In this document: positions 46,576 through 56,204 of the stretch, one piece after another
Layout of the letters: the number at the start of each line of letters is the position of its first letter
Numbering within the stretch: position 1 is the stretch's first letter
NCBI GenBank assembly: GCA_000432515.1
Contig: HF996057.1
Coordinates: 2,905-66,904 of the forward strand
Length of the DNA stretch: 64,000 nt
Direction: 5' to 3'
Source of the DNA: Bacteroides sp. CAG:545
GTDB lineage: Bacteria; Bacteroidota; Bacteroidia; Bacteroidales; UBA932
Position numbers and translations under genes: made by a program
The notes under the pieces: model-generated
What the model was told of the DNA's origin: nothing
Database searches by the model: none
What the model saw: only the letters and a program-made list of their open reading frames with translations

Positions 46576-48099
46576 TTATAATGCTGAAATGTTCAGACTT
46601 AGTTCTTTGATGCCCATGCTGCACAGTGTGGGCATAAATTTTTTGTCTGAGGCCATTTCTCCGCACACGGCTGCTTCAATCCCGGCTTCTTCAGCAGCTT
46701 TAGAGACAATGCTGATGGCGGACAATACAGCCGGATCGTCATATCTATATAGGTAGGACACTGCGCTGTTTCCCCTGTCAGATGCCATAATGTACTGCGT
46801 CAAATCATTGGTGCCGATGCTGAAGAATCCCGCCCTGGATGCGAATTCTTTGGCCATAAGCACTGCTGCCGGCGTTTCTACCATCATACCGGCCTGAATG
46901 TCCGCATTGAACTTGATTTTCTCTGTTGCGAGTTCCTTTTTACAATCATCCAGTATCGAAATGGCCCCGTCCCATTCTTCTAACGTGCTGAGCATCGGGA
47001 ACATGACGCGGACATTACCGTAGGCGGATGCCCGTAGGATGGCTCTCAGCTGAGTTTTGAAAATCTCTGGTTTTTGCAGGCACAGCCTTATAGCACGCAG
47101 CCCGAGAAACGGATTGTCCTCATGGTCCATATGAAAGTACGGCAGGTGTTTGTCTCCGCCGATATCCAATGTCCTTATAGTCAATGTCTTGCCTGCACAG
47201 ATTTCAGCCGCCTCGCGGTATGCGTCGAACTGTGTCTGCTCATCCGGAAATCCGTCTTTGCTTTCCATGAACAGGAATTCACTGCGGAACAGGCCAATGC
47301 CCTCTGCACCTTTTCCAATGGCATTGCGTACATCTTCAATACTGCCTGCATTGGCATAGACCTTGACTCCTGGATATTCTCTATTTATCTGGCTTACAGT
47401 GCTTTCTGCCGTCAGTTTTGCCTCCATCCTCGTCTGGAATGCAGTCTCTGCAGCATCGTCAGGCGAGATGATTACATGACTGTTTTCAGCATCGATGATA
47501 GTGCGTTCTCCGTCAGAAATTTCTGTCGTGCAGCTGCATACGCCTGTCAGGACTGGAATCCCTTTGGTTTGGGCGATAATGCAGACGTGGCTTGTGGTGC
47601 TGCCTTTTTCCGACACCATTCCCGTTATACGGGATAAGTCCAGGGCTTCCAAATCTGAAGGGTAGAATTCTTCTGCTACTAAGATTATATGTTCATAATC
47701 AGGAAGTTGCAGCATCCTATCCGTTTCTCCTGCAAGTATCCGTTTAAGTCTTGCGACAACATCCTTGACATCATCTTTTCTCGCCTGCAGGTATTCGTCA
47801 TCCAGTTCGTCGAACATTGCGCAGATATCTCCGCAGGCCTTGTCTGTCGCCTCCATGACGGATAATCCTGCGCTTATGGCAGCGTCAATGGCTTCCCGCA
47901 GCATCGGATCTTCTGCAATTTCCGCATGTGCTTCGAAGATGCTGTCTTTTTCAGCGAGATGCCGAAGTTCTTCCGAAAGCCTTGTAAAGCTCTCGTCGAT
48001 ATCCATTGTTTCAGTGCTCTCGAGTTTGCTTCTATGCAGAATGAATGCATTCCCTGCACATAATCCTCTGGATTTTGCCGGTGATGTAAGGATTTTCAT
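46576..48099 (-). CDS. ptsI: Phosphoenolpyruvate-protein phosphotransferase (PTS enzyme I)
   Basis: 508 aa from ATG 48099. Aligns block-by-block to E. coli PtsI as I recall it: phospho-His region GSTTSHVCIIA, GAEGIGLFRSEFLFM, TLDIGGDK, FSIGTNDLTQY, active Cys AVCGEMA. Confidence 0.85.
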   Translation of the reverse strand: MKILTSPAKSRGLCAGNAFILHRSKLESTETMDIDESFTRLSEELRHLAEKDSIFEAHAEIAEDPMLREAIDAAISAGLSVMEATDKACGDICAMFDELDDEYLQARKDDVKDVVARLKRILAGETDRMLQLPDYEHIILVAEEFYPSDLEALDLSRITGMVSEKGSTTSHVCIIAQTKGIPVLTGVCSCTTEISDGERTIIDAENSHVIISPDDAAETAFQTRMEAKLTAESTVSQINREYPGVKVYANAGSIEDVRNAIGKGAEGIGLFRSEFLFMESKDGFPDEQTQFDAYREAAEICAGKTLTIRTLDIGGDKHLPYFHMDHEDNPFLGLRAIRLCLQKPEIFKTQLRAILRASAYGNVRVMFPMLSTLEEWDGAISILDDCKKELATEKIKFNADIQAGMMVETPAAVLMAKEFASRAGFFSIGTNDLTQYIMASDRGNSAVSYLYRYDDPAVLSAISIVSKAAEEAGIEAAVCGEMASDKKFMPTLCSMGIKELSLNISAL

Positions 48100-48100
48100 G

Positions 48101-48361
48101 TTACTTGAGTTCCTGTACGAATGTTGCGATGCGTTCTGCCACAGCAGTTTCATTGTCGCCCTCAGTAATGATCTCCAGTTCCGTTCCTTTTTTGAGGCCG
48201 AGAGTAAGAAGCGAAATCATACTCGTTCCCGAGGTGGATTTTCCATTGGCCTTCAATGTTACTTTTGTCGGAGCGGACTCCTTGATGAGTTTGATGAGTT
48301 CAGTTGCAGGACGTGCATGGATGCCGTTCTCCGCAGTTACAGTTACTTTTACGCTATTCAT
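48101..48361 (-). CDS. ptsH: Phosphocarrier protein HPr
   Basis: 86 aa with the His15 motif NGIHARPA and a Ser46-region KSTSGTSMISLLTLG. Confidence 0.85.
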   Translation of the reverse strand: MNSVKVTVTAENGIHARPATELIKLIKESAPTKVTLKANGKSTSGTSMISLLTLGLKKGTELEIITEGDNETAVAERIATFVQELK

Positions 48362-50147
48362 TGTTGTTCAATATGTTATAAATTATATTCGGATCTTCTG
48401 CAGACATCAGGGTCTTAAGTTTGTCCTCGTCTTCAAATGTCTCGCCTAGCGATGCCAAAATCTCTATATGTTCATCGCCTTTGCCTGCAATTCCTGCGAT
48501 CAGATATGCTTTCTCATCCCCGAAATCCACTCCTTCAGGATATTGAAGAATGACGATTCCTGAACGGATGATGTCCTTTTTGGCCTCATCCGTGCCGTGA
48601 GGAATGGCAATTCCCATGCCCATATAGGTCGTGGACTCATTTTCGCGTTTCAGCATTGCCTCTGCATATCCTTTCTGGACATATCCTTTCTGCTCGAGAA
48701 GATGCCCGGCGCGAAGTATTGCGTCATCTTTGCTTTCGGTCTTGAGCCCGGTAAGGATGTTGTCTTTGGCAAGCACTTCATGGTTGCAGCCTTTAAGCGA
48801 TTCCAGAAGCCTGTCCAGTGCCGGATCATCCATGAAGTTCTCAATTCCTATTACGACTGTCTTTTTTCCGCCTTCTGCACTGTTCTTTTCCACTTTTTCC
48901 AATGCCCTGTCTTTCAAATGGTTCTGACAGACCACAATGTCGGTATCCGCAGGAATACCTTCGATGGCGCAGTTGCTGATATCCGCGTCAATGTTTTCGT
49001 ACGCGGCTCTTTTACGGAACCTTGTAGCCCCGAGAGCGCTTGAGCCCATACCAGCGTCGCAGGCGAACTTTATGCGCTGTCTTGTGCCGGATTTGGATAT
49101 GTTTACATCTGCATTGACCTGATTGTCAGAGGCATTGGCCTTGCGTCCCTTTATGAGTGGGAGCGAGACGGCGAACGAGACTCCGGCGGCAATCAGAACT
49201 CCGGCCAATACGATGAGTGTCTGGCCTTTAGGCGCCATCGCCAGCACGGAAATTATGCTTCCGGGGGATGCCGGTGCTACCAGTCCGCCGCCGAATATGC
49301 TGAAAAACAGGAGGCTCGCGGAACTGCCGGCAATCATTGATATGAGCAGCAGAGGGTTTGCGAGTACATATGGGAAATAGATTTCGTGGATTCCTCCGAA
49401 GAAATGTATGATGGCCGCTCCTGGTGCCGATGTCTTGGAACTGCCTTTGCCGACAGCCCAGTACGCAAGCAGCATACCCAGTCCCGCACCGGGATTTGCT
49501 TCGATCAGGAACATCACCGATTGGCCGATTTCGTGTACCTGTTCGATTCCGATGGGTGAGAAAATCCCGTGATTTATGGCATTGTTCAGAAACAGGATCT
49601 TGGCCGGCTCTACCACTAACGATATCAGCGGCAGCATTTTATGTGCGATCAATGCTTCTGCGGCGCGGCTGACCAGTCCTGTGAGGGAACTTATCGCATT
49701 GCCCACTACTAGGAAGCCGGCGATGGCGAGAAGCATACCGATAATGCCGACCGAAAAGTTGTTCACCAGCATCTCGAAGCCGCTCCTGACGCGTCCTTTG
49801 GTCAGCTTGTCGAACTCCTTTATGGCCAAACCGCCAGCCGGCCCCATAATCATCGCGCCTATGAACATCGGAATGTCGCTGCCCGCGATTACGCCGATTG
49901 TCGCTATCGCCCCGGTTACTCCGCCTCTGTCGCCAGCGATGTTCTTGCCCGCCGTATAGGCGATAAGAATCGGAAGGAGATAGGTCAATGCAGGTGAAAC
50001 TAGCTTTGCCAGGTTGTCGTTGGGCAGCCATCCGTCAGGGATAAAGAGGGCTGTGATGAGTCCCCATGCTATGAAGGCTCCTATGTTGGGCATTACCATG
50101 GCGCTCATCGAGCGTCCGATACGCATGATAGTGTTCTTGAATTTCAT
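48354..50147 (-). CDS. mtlA: PTS mannitol-family transporter, fused EIICBA (MtlA-like)
   Basis: Block identity to E. coli MtlA as I recall it: MVMPNIGAFIAWG, SGFEMLVNNFS, EPAKILFLNNAINHGIFSP, FLIEANPG, IIHFxGGIHEIYFPYVL, VxPASPGSI..VLAM.PKG. EIIB Cys motif FACDAGMGSS. EIIA His motif GIAIPHGT. A -7 box TATATTTG lies upstream on the minus strand at about 50183-50190. Confidence 0.85.
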   Translation of the reverse strand: MKFKNTIMRIGRSMSAMVMPNIGAFIAWGLITALFIPDGWLPNDNLAKLVSPALTYLLPILIAYTAGKNIAGDRGGVTGAIATIGVIAGSDIPMFIGAMIMGPAGGLAIKEFDKLTKGRVRSGFEMLVNNFSVGIIGMLLAIAGFLVVGNAISSLTGLVSRAAEALIAHKMLPLISLVVEPAKILFLNNAINHGIFSPIGIEQVHEIGQSVMFLIEANPGAGLGMLLAYWAVGKGSSKTSAPGAAIIHFFGGIHEIYFPYVLANPLLLISMIAGSSASLLFFSIFGGGLVAPASPGSIISVLAMAPKGQTLIVLAGVLIAAGVSFAVSLPLIKGRKANASDNQVNADVNISKSGTRQRIKFACDAGMGSSALGATRFRKRAAYENIDADISNCAIEGIPADTDIVVCQNHLKDRALEKVEKNSAEGGKKTVVIGIENFMDDPALDRLLESLKGCNHEVLAKDNILTGLKTESKDDAILRAGHLLEQKGYVQKGYAEAMLKRENESTTYMGMGIAIPHGTDEAKKDIIRSGIVILQYPEGVDFGDEKAYLIAGIAGKGDEHIEILASLGETFEDEDKLKTLMSAEDPNIIYNILNNNE

Positions 50148-50363
50148 TGGTCCAGTGCTATGCAGTTGCATTATTTCTTACAAATATAAAACAATTCTGC
50201 CGACAAAATCACCTATTTGAAATCCATAATATTATTTTTGGAGCAGCCTTTGGAATAGAACTTTTTGCATATTCACGTGGTTTTTATTAGTTTTGTCCCT
50301 TGATACTGCATTTTGTGGAGATATCCGCGAATGTATGATATCCTAAACCAATTTTTTAAGATT

Positions 50364-51539
50364 ATGAGTGAAGAATTGAATGAATTCACCGACATCAGTC
50401 CTTATACGGATGCGGAAGCGGTAGAGGCGCTTGGTAAACTTGCAGATCATCCCGCTGTTGTGGAAGTGTCTAAAGCTATATTTCCGGACAAAGAGCCTGA
50501 ATTCCTCAGAAAAATACTAAAGAGCGTAAAGAGCATTGACGAGTTCCAGATTCTTGTAATGAACAAGGCTGTAGAATGGGTTCTGTCCACGACTGCACAC
50601 AATTTCTCCTATGACGGCATCGGGAATCTCAAGAAAATCAACGGCAAGTTCCTGGCGATGTCCAATCACCGCGACATTATTCTTGACCCTGCGATAACTC
50701 AGGTGGTGCTTTACCGCAATGCGATTCCTATGACTGAGATAGCAGTGGGAAGCAACCTGTTGACCAACAAGTATATAGAATATCTCATCCGCTCGAACAG
50801 GATGATCAAGGTCATTCGCGGGATCAATGCGAGACAGCTCTATCTTTCATCACAGGTCCTTTCGAAATATATCAGAGAGTGCATCACCTCCGGCCGCAGT
50901 TCCATCTGGATTGCCCAGCGTGAAGGCAGGGCCAAGGACGGTATCGACACTACTGAGCAGGGCCTGCTCAAGATGCTGGATATGAGCGGTACTGCTGATT
51001 TCACTACGAATTTTGAGGAACTTAACATTGTTCCGCTCAGTATTTCATACGAATATGAGCCGTGCGATATCCTCAAGGCTCGTGAGCGCCTGATTTCACG
51101 GACACAGAAATATGTCAAGGGCTCCCGTGAGGATCTCATAAGCATTATGACCGGAATCGAGCAGCAGAAAGGCAATATCCATCTGAATATCGGTTCGCCG
51201 CTCACTCATGATGAGATTGAGGCTGCGTCATACTGTAACAAGAATGACCGCTATCAGGCGATCAGACATGCAGTTGACGTCAGGATTATAGAGGGTTACA
51301 AGTTGTGGAAGACCAACTATATCGGTTATGATATGGTGAACCACACTTTCAAATACCGTGACAAATATACTCCGGATGATGTTGCTCAGTTTACAGATTA
51401 CGTTGAGCATCAGCTCGATAAGGTGGAGAAGTCTCTGTGCAGGGCTGATTTGAGAGATATATTCCTGAGGATATATGCGAATCCTGTAGTCAGTCTTGAG
51501 AATCTTATGATAGAACGTGCCGCTGCTTCCAGGCAGTAA
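50364..51539 (+). CDS. Lysophospholipid/glycerol-phosphate acyltransferase family (LPLAT) protein
   Basis: The first ATG of ORF 50313..51539 gives MSEELNEFT. An acyltransferase-like H(x)nD motif lies in MSNHRDIILDP. It is about 390 aa. Confidence 0.5.
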   Translation: MSEELNEFTDISPYTDAEAVEALGKLADHPAVVEVSKAIFPDKEPEFLRKILKSVKSIDEFQILVMNKAVEWVLSTTAHNFSYDGIGNLKKINGKFLAMSNHRDIILDPAITQVVLYRNAIPMTEIAVGSNLLTNKYIEYLIRSNRMIKVIRGINARQLYLSSQVLSKYIRECITSGRSSIWIAQREGRAKDGIDTTEQGLLKMLDMSGTADFTTNFEELNIVPLSISYEYEPCDILKARERLISRTQKYVKGSREDLISIMTGIEQQKGNIHLNIGSPLTHDEIEAASYCNKNDRYQAIRHAVDVRIIEGYKLWKTNYIGYDMVNHTFKYRDKYTPDDVAQFTDYVEHQLDKVEKSLCRADLRDIFLRIYANPVVSLENLMIERAAASRQ

Positions 51540-51560
51540 CAGAATGTGTGGAACATATAT

Positions 51561-51597
51561 AAAAAATCAGTAGTCGAAACCGGCTACTGATTTTTTA
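51561..51597. terminator. Bidirectional rho-independent terminator (A-run, 8-bp stem, T-run) between convergent acyltransferase and MscS genes
   Basis: aaaaaATCAGTAGtcgaaaccggCTACTGATtttttat. The MscS stop lies inside the hairpin. Confidence 0.6.
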
Positions 51598-52513
51598 TAT
51601 GCACATCCATCTGCGGGAACGGGAAACTTAGACCGTTCTTGGGAATCTCCGTGAATATGGCCTCATTTATGTCATATAGCACATCCCAGTAGTCCTCAGC
51701 ATTGACCCAGCCTTTCATTACATATTCTATGCTGCTGTCTTTCATCGAATTAAGTGCTACGAAAGGGGCAGCGGAGCCTGGTGTTGTCCCGTCAAGGATA
51801 CGCTTGTCGGATTTCAGGATATTCATCAGGACTTCCTTGGCCTTGGCGTTGTCCGTGCTGTAGTCGAGATTAACAAACCACTCGCAGCGGTTCACATTTC
51901 TCTCGAAGAAGTTCTTTATGTTTCCGTTTGAAAGCGCACCGTTAGGCAGGACGACTGTTTCATTGTTGAATGTCCTTAGCTTGGTGCTGAAGATATTCAC
52001 TTCTGTCACAATACCGGAAAAACCTAAAGCATTGATATAGTCTCCAGCCTTGAACGGCTTGAACATCAATATCATAATGCCTCCGGCGAAATTCTGCACT
52101 GTTCCGCTCAGCGCCATACCTATCGCCATACCGCCTGCAGCGAGCAGGGCCGCAAGTGAAGTCGTGTTCACACCTAATGTGCCTATCGTGATGATGACGA
52201 GCAGCACTGTCAATGTGATGGTGAAAAGACTGGTGACGAACGATGCAAGTGTCTTTTCTGTATGCTTGCGTTCGAATATTCTTCGGAGCAGTACCTTCAC
52301 CCGCTTTATGATCCAGAGACCGATTGCGTATATTGCAATGGCGGCCAGCACCTTGAAGCCGAATGTGATGGCATCATGGATAAGGCTCTGGAAGAACTGA
52401 TCAGGGTTGGTGGTCAGTTCTTTAGCCATATTGCTCAATGCAACTTTCGCGGAGTCCGGATTGAACTTTGCGGTATCCAGCTGCGAAGTTATTTGCGGAA
52501 TTTGTAGAATCAT
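51584..52513 (-). CDS. Mechanosensitive ion channel (MscS family)
   Basis: 309 aa with 3 TM helices followed by an MscS beta domain (GDYINALGFSGIVTEVNIFSTKLRTFNNETVVLPNGAL). Confidence 0.8.
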   Translation of the reverse strand: MILQIPQITSQLDTAKFNPDSAKVALSNMAKELTTNPDQFFQSLIHDAITFGFKVLAAIAIYAIGLWIIKRVKVLLRRIFERKHTEKTLASFVTSLFTITLTVLLVIITIGTLGVNTTSLAALLAAGGMAIGMALSGTVQNFAGGIMILMFKPFKAGDYINALGFSGIVTEVNIFSTKLRTFNNETVVLPNGALSNGNIKNFFERNVNRCEWFVNLDYSTDNAKAKEVLMNILKSDKRILDGTTPGSAAPFVALNSMKDSSIEYVMKGWVNAEDYWDVLYDINEAIFTEIPKNGLSFPFPQMDVHIKNQ

Positions 52514-52516
52514 CTA

Positions 52517-53797
52517 TCAGAACAATTTGTCGATTGCTGCAATTATTTCTTCTGCAGGCAGTTCCGGGCTCAGAACCAGGTCCGGTTCCTTGAGTATGAA
52601 CCCTTTTCTCGTAGCGCTCAGCATACCGCCTCCTGTCACATTGAGCATAATGGTTTCATCCTTCTTCACGGTACCATTGTCGATTGCCTGTTTCAGACTG
52701 GCCACCGCACATGCTGAGGCTGGGAAAATGTCATATCCTTCAGCACTGTAATAACGTACAACCCATGAAACAATCTCATCGTTGCTGACTTTGAACATGT
52801 CGCCGCCTGATTTCTCCAGCACGTCGAACAGGCCACCTGCTATGCTGTATGGAGGTTTTCTGTTGGAGAGAACCTTTCCGAGAATGACTTCCGCCTTACT
52901 CCTGGACTCTTCAGGTGTCATCGATACGAGTTCGCGGCTGTGATTCTTCCAAGAGTCATACATGATAGTGAACGGAGCGTTCTGGCTGGCATAGACTCTC
53001 ATATTGTTCTTGCCGAATCTGCCGTCGGCAGCGAGCCTCTCTGCGTTTTCCCAAGCGGCAATAGCGCCCGTGCCGCTACCTACAGCCTGGAAATATGCAT
53101 CAGGAATACGGCCAATCACTTCCACGGCTGACAGTACTGTGGTTCCCATACCGTCTCTTCTGGCCACGTTCTTGGCACCGCCTTCAGCCATATATCTCGG
53201 ATCCTTGCAGAGTTTGTCTCCCAATGCGATGGCGTCATAATAGTCTGTGCCTGTCGGGGTTGCGACTATCTTTACGCAAGATGACAGCTTCTTTCTGAAC
53301 CAGAGGTCGCTTATATTGTCATAAGGAATGCAGATGACGATAGGAATGTTGTTGTCAGAGCATACTTTGGCAAATGCTCTTGCTGTGTTTCCGGCAGACT
53401 GGACAACCAGGATTCTCTTGTTGTTCTTCGGAAGTCTTGCGCATACGGAATAGGCTTCAGTCTCTTTGAACGAGCAGGTTTCCATTCTGGCGCCAAGGCG
53501 AGGGCAATAACCTGAGAATGTAATGTATAGATTCTCAAGGCCTAACATATTGGCCAAACCCTTGCTCTTATACGTTACAGGTGCGTGCGAATGTCTGAGA
53601 GTCTTGCGCACTGGAAGCCATTCTGCGTATCTGTAAAGCCCTTTGAGGTCATCTCTCGGGGTAAATTTGGTGTTATTGTAAACAGCTCTTACAAGTGAAG
53701 GAGCAGTTGCTTCCGGGTCGGCAAGAGACCAGCCCTCATCATCGAAAATTCGACCGTTTGATACATTGATCAACTTATAATCGATTGGCTTGAACAT
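52517..53797 (-). CDS. Fold-type II PLP enzyme, threonine-synthase-like (candidate cysteate synthase)
   Basis: 426 aa. The LYRYAEWLPV and CSFKE(T) PLP-lysine region resemble the threonine synthase family, but the sequence deviates from canonical ThrC (SFKE rather than SFKDRG). Confidence 0.55.
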   Translation of the reverse strand: MFKPIDYKLINVSNGRIFDDEGWSLADPEATAPSLVRAVYNNTKFTPRDDLKGLYRYAEWLPVRKTLRHSHAPVTYKSKGLANMLGLENLYITFSGYCPRLGARMETCSFKETEAYSVCARLPKNNKRILVVQSAGNTARAFAKVCSDNNIPIVICIPYDNISDLWFRKKLSSCVKIVATPTGTDYYDAIALGDKLCKDPRYMAEGGAKNVARRDGMGTTVLSAVEVIGRIPDAYFQAVGSGTGAIAAWENAERLAADGRFGKNNMRVYASQNAPFTIMYDSWKNHSRELVSMTPEESRSKAEVILGKVLSNRKPPYSIAGGLFDVLEKSGGDMFKVSNDEIVSWVVRYYSAEGYDIFPASACAVASLKQAIDNGTVKKDETIMLNVTGGGMLSATRKGFILKEPDLVLSPELPAEEIIAAIDKLF

Positions 53798-53809
53798 ATT
53801 GGTTTAGAT

Positions 53810-54769
53810 TTATTTCTTGATTATCAGGAATGTCATGTATGCTGCTTCGAGAAGCAGTAGGAGCAGGCCGTCAGCCCGATCCAGCTGGTTCTTCTTGTTT
53901 GTATGGATACTTGCCCATATCACTAGTGAGCTGAGCAGCAGTGCGCCCAAGTCCACATAACTCATGCCTGTCATGGAGAGCGGATGCAACAATGCGGAGC
54001 CTCCAAGAATCAGGAGAATGTTGAACACATTGGAGCCCAAAATGTTGCCAAGAGCAAGCTGCCCCTTTTTCTTGAATGCGGCCACGATGCAGGTCACAAG
54101 TTCAGGCATTGACGTGCCGCCGGCAAGAATCGTGATGGCAATGAGTTTGTCGCTGACATTGAGCATCTTGGCTATTGATGTAGCTGAATTGACAAACATT
54201 CTACCGCCGAAAACAAGTCCCGCAAGTCCGGCAACTATCAGCACTGCTGCCAATGCCGGTTTTATAACCTTTTCATTTTCATTGGTTTCTGTCTGATTTG
54301 CCGTGTCGAAACGGAAGCACATATAAATGTACGCAGCAAACAGCACGAGGAGAATCGCTCCATCCATTCTGCCCAGCACGTCATCTCCGATGCCGAAAAG
54401 GGTACGACTCATTCCTAAAGCGATAAATATCAATGTTATGGCTATGTTCAGAGGTATATCCTTTTTCCTGTTCATCGGAGTAATGTTCATCGGCAAAATC
54501 AATGCTGTGGCTCCCAAAATCAAGAATACATTGAAAATATTCGAGCCTACTACATTGCCGATTGCGATATCTCCGTTTCCCTGAAGGGCTCCGATGAAAC
54601 TGACTACCATCTCAGGTGCTGATGTCCCCATTCCGACTATCGTAAGTCCTATGACGAAGTCGCTGACTCCAAACCTCTTGGCAATGGATGATGCTCCATC
54701 TACCAGAAAGTCTGCACCGAGAACCACAAGTGCAAGTCCGACTATAAGCAATAAACACTCTATCAGCAT
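53810..54769 (-). CDS. Sodium/calcium exchanger (CaCA family, YrbG-like)
   Basis: 319 aa with two alpha-repeat motifs (GTSAPE, GNVVGSNIFN / GTSMPE, GNILGSNVFN). Confidence 0.8.
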   Translation of the reverse strand: MLIECLLLIVGLALVVLGADFLVDGASSIAKRFGVSDFVIGLTIVGMGTSAPEMVVSFIGALQGNGDIAIGNVVGSNIFNVFLILGATALILPMNITPMNRKKDIPLNIAITLIFIALGMSRTLFGIGDDVLGRMDGAILLVLFAAYIYMCFRFDTANQTETNENEKVIKPALAAVLIVAGLAGLVFGGRMFVNSATSIAKMLNVSDKLIAITILAGGTSMPELVTCIVAAFKKKGQLALGNILGSNVFNILLILGGSALLHPLSMTGMSYVDLGALLLSSLVIWASIHTNKKNQLDRADGLLLLLLEAAYMTFLIIKK

Positions 54770-54781
54770 GTTACCTTAAAA

Positions 54782-56203
54782 TTATTCTTCTTCTTTGTCT
54801 TTTAGTTTCAATGCGCATACGTTCTCCACGTGCATCGTATGAGGGAACATATCCACCGGCTGCACAGCAGTAATCTCGTACATAGGGGACATCATTGCCA
54901 GATCCCTTGCCTGTGAGGCAGGATTGCAACTGACATATACTATGCGTTCAGGAGCGGCCTCCATAATGACTTTTACTACATCCGGATGCATTCCTGCTCT
55001 TGGCGGGTCGATAATCATCACTTCCGGCTTGCCGTGCTCTTTTATGAAATCGGCTGTCAGGATATCTTTCATGTCGCCGTCGAAGAATGTGCAGTTGGTG
55101 ATTCCGTTAGCCTCCGCATTTATCCTCGCGTCCTCGATGGCTTCTTTAACATATTCGATACCAATCACTTTGGATGCTTTGTCCGAAATGAACTGGGCGA
55201 TTGTGCCAGTGCCGGTATAGAGGTCATATACGACCTCATTTCCTGTCAATGCTGCAAATTCCTTGGCTACTGAATACAGTTTGTAGGCTTGTTCGCTGTT
55301 CGTCTGGTAGAATGATTTGGGACCGATCTTGAATTTCAATTTGCCCATGGTCTCCCAGATGGCGTCCTCTCCTTTATATAATATGCAGTCCAGATCGGAA
55401 ATCGAGTCATTGAGCTTTTCGTTTATCACGTAATGCAGCGACTTGATTTGCGGAAATTCTGCTGCAATGGCATCCAGCATCGGGACAATCTTGTCCTGGT
55501 CGTCGTAAGCGAAACAAACTGTGAGCATTACGTCGCCGACTTGATTGTTTCGGACAATGATATTTCTCAGGAAACCAGTATTTTCCCGGATGTTGTAGAA
55601 CTCGAGGTTATGAGTGACGGCGTATTCCCTGATGAAAAGCCTGATCTCATTTGAAGGCTCCGGCTGCAGGCTGCAATGCTTGATATCCAATACTTTATCG
55701 AAGAATTTGCCTACATGGAAGCCTAGTCCAAGACGCTCCTCGTCAGTGAGGCTGTCCGGATCTTCATTGTTGTAGATCCATCTTTTGTTCGAGAATGTGA
55801 ATTCGAGTTTGTTCCTGTAGTATTTGGTCTTGTCTGACGGCAGGATAGGGGAGATGTCCGGAATTTCCAGATGTCCGATGCGGACCAGCTGGTCCCAGAC
55901 TTGCTGCTGTTTGGCTTTCAACTGCATATCGTAAGGCAATGGTTGCCAGCGGCATCCTCCGCATATTCCGAAGTGCTCGCAGAAAGGCTGAAGCCTGTCC
56001 TCGGAAGGTTTCACTATCTCGAGAATGAAACCTTCCATATAGTTCTTTTTCTTTTTTGTTACCTTGACATTGACAATGTCTCCCGGAACTGCGAATTCTA
56101 CGAAAACCACTGTCCCATCCACGTGGGCAAGTGATTTTCCTTCTGCAGCAACAGCTTCTATCTTAACATTTTCAAGTATGAGGTCGAGTTTTTTACGTCC
56201 CAT
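54782..56203 (-). CDS. rlmD: 23S rRNA (uracil-C5)-methyltransferase RlmD/RumA (TRAM plus Fe-S plus SAM MTase)
   Basis: The internal ATG gives MGRKKLDLILENVKIEA. The Cys cluster CEHFGICGGCRWQ and a C-terminal MTase with the catalytic Cys are present. Confidence 0.8.
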   Translation of the reverse strand: MGRKKLDLILENVKIEAVAAEGKSLAHVDGTVVFVEFAVPGDIVNVKVTKKKKNYMEGFILEIVKPSEDRLQPFCEHFGICGGCRWQPLPYDMQLKAKQQQVWDQLVRIGHLEIPDISPILPSDKTKYYRNKLEFTFSNKRWIYNNEDPDSLTDEERLGLGFHVGKFFDKVLDIKHCSLQPEPSNEIRLFIREYAVTHNLEFYNIRENTGFLRNIIVRNNQVGDVMLTVCFAYDDQDKIVPMLDAIAAEFPQIKSLHYVINEKLNDSISDLDCILYKGEDAIWETMGKLKFKIGPKSFYQTNSEQAYKLYSVAKEFAALTGNEVVYDLYTGTGTIAQFISDKASKVIGIEYVKEAIEDARINAEANGITNCTFFDGDMKDILTADFIKEHGKPEVMIIDPPRAGMHPDVVKVIMEAAPERIVYVSCNPASQARDLAMMSPMYEITAVQPVDMFPHTMHVENVCALKLKDKEEE

Positions 56204-56204
56204 T

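Noticed and set aside
50172-50363. Possible mtlR or mtlD remnant between mtlA and the acyltransferase
   Set aside because: The 190-bp gap has no ORF with similarity to MtlR or MtlD. It contains only the mtlA promoter (-7 box TATATTTG on the minus strand).
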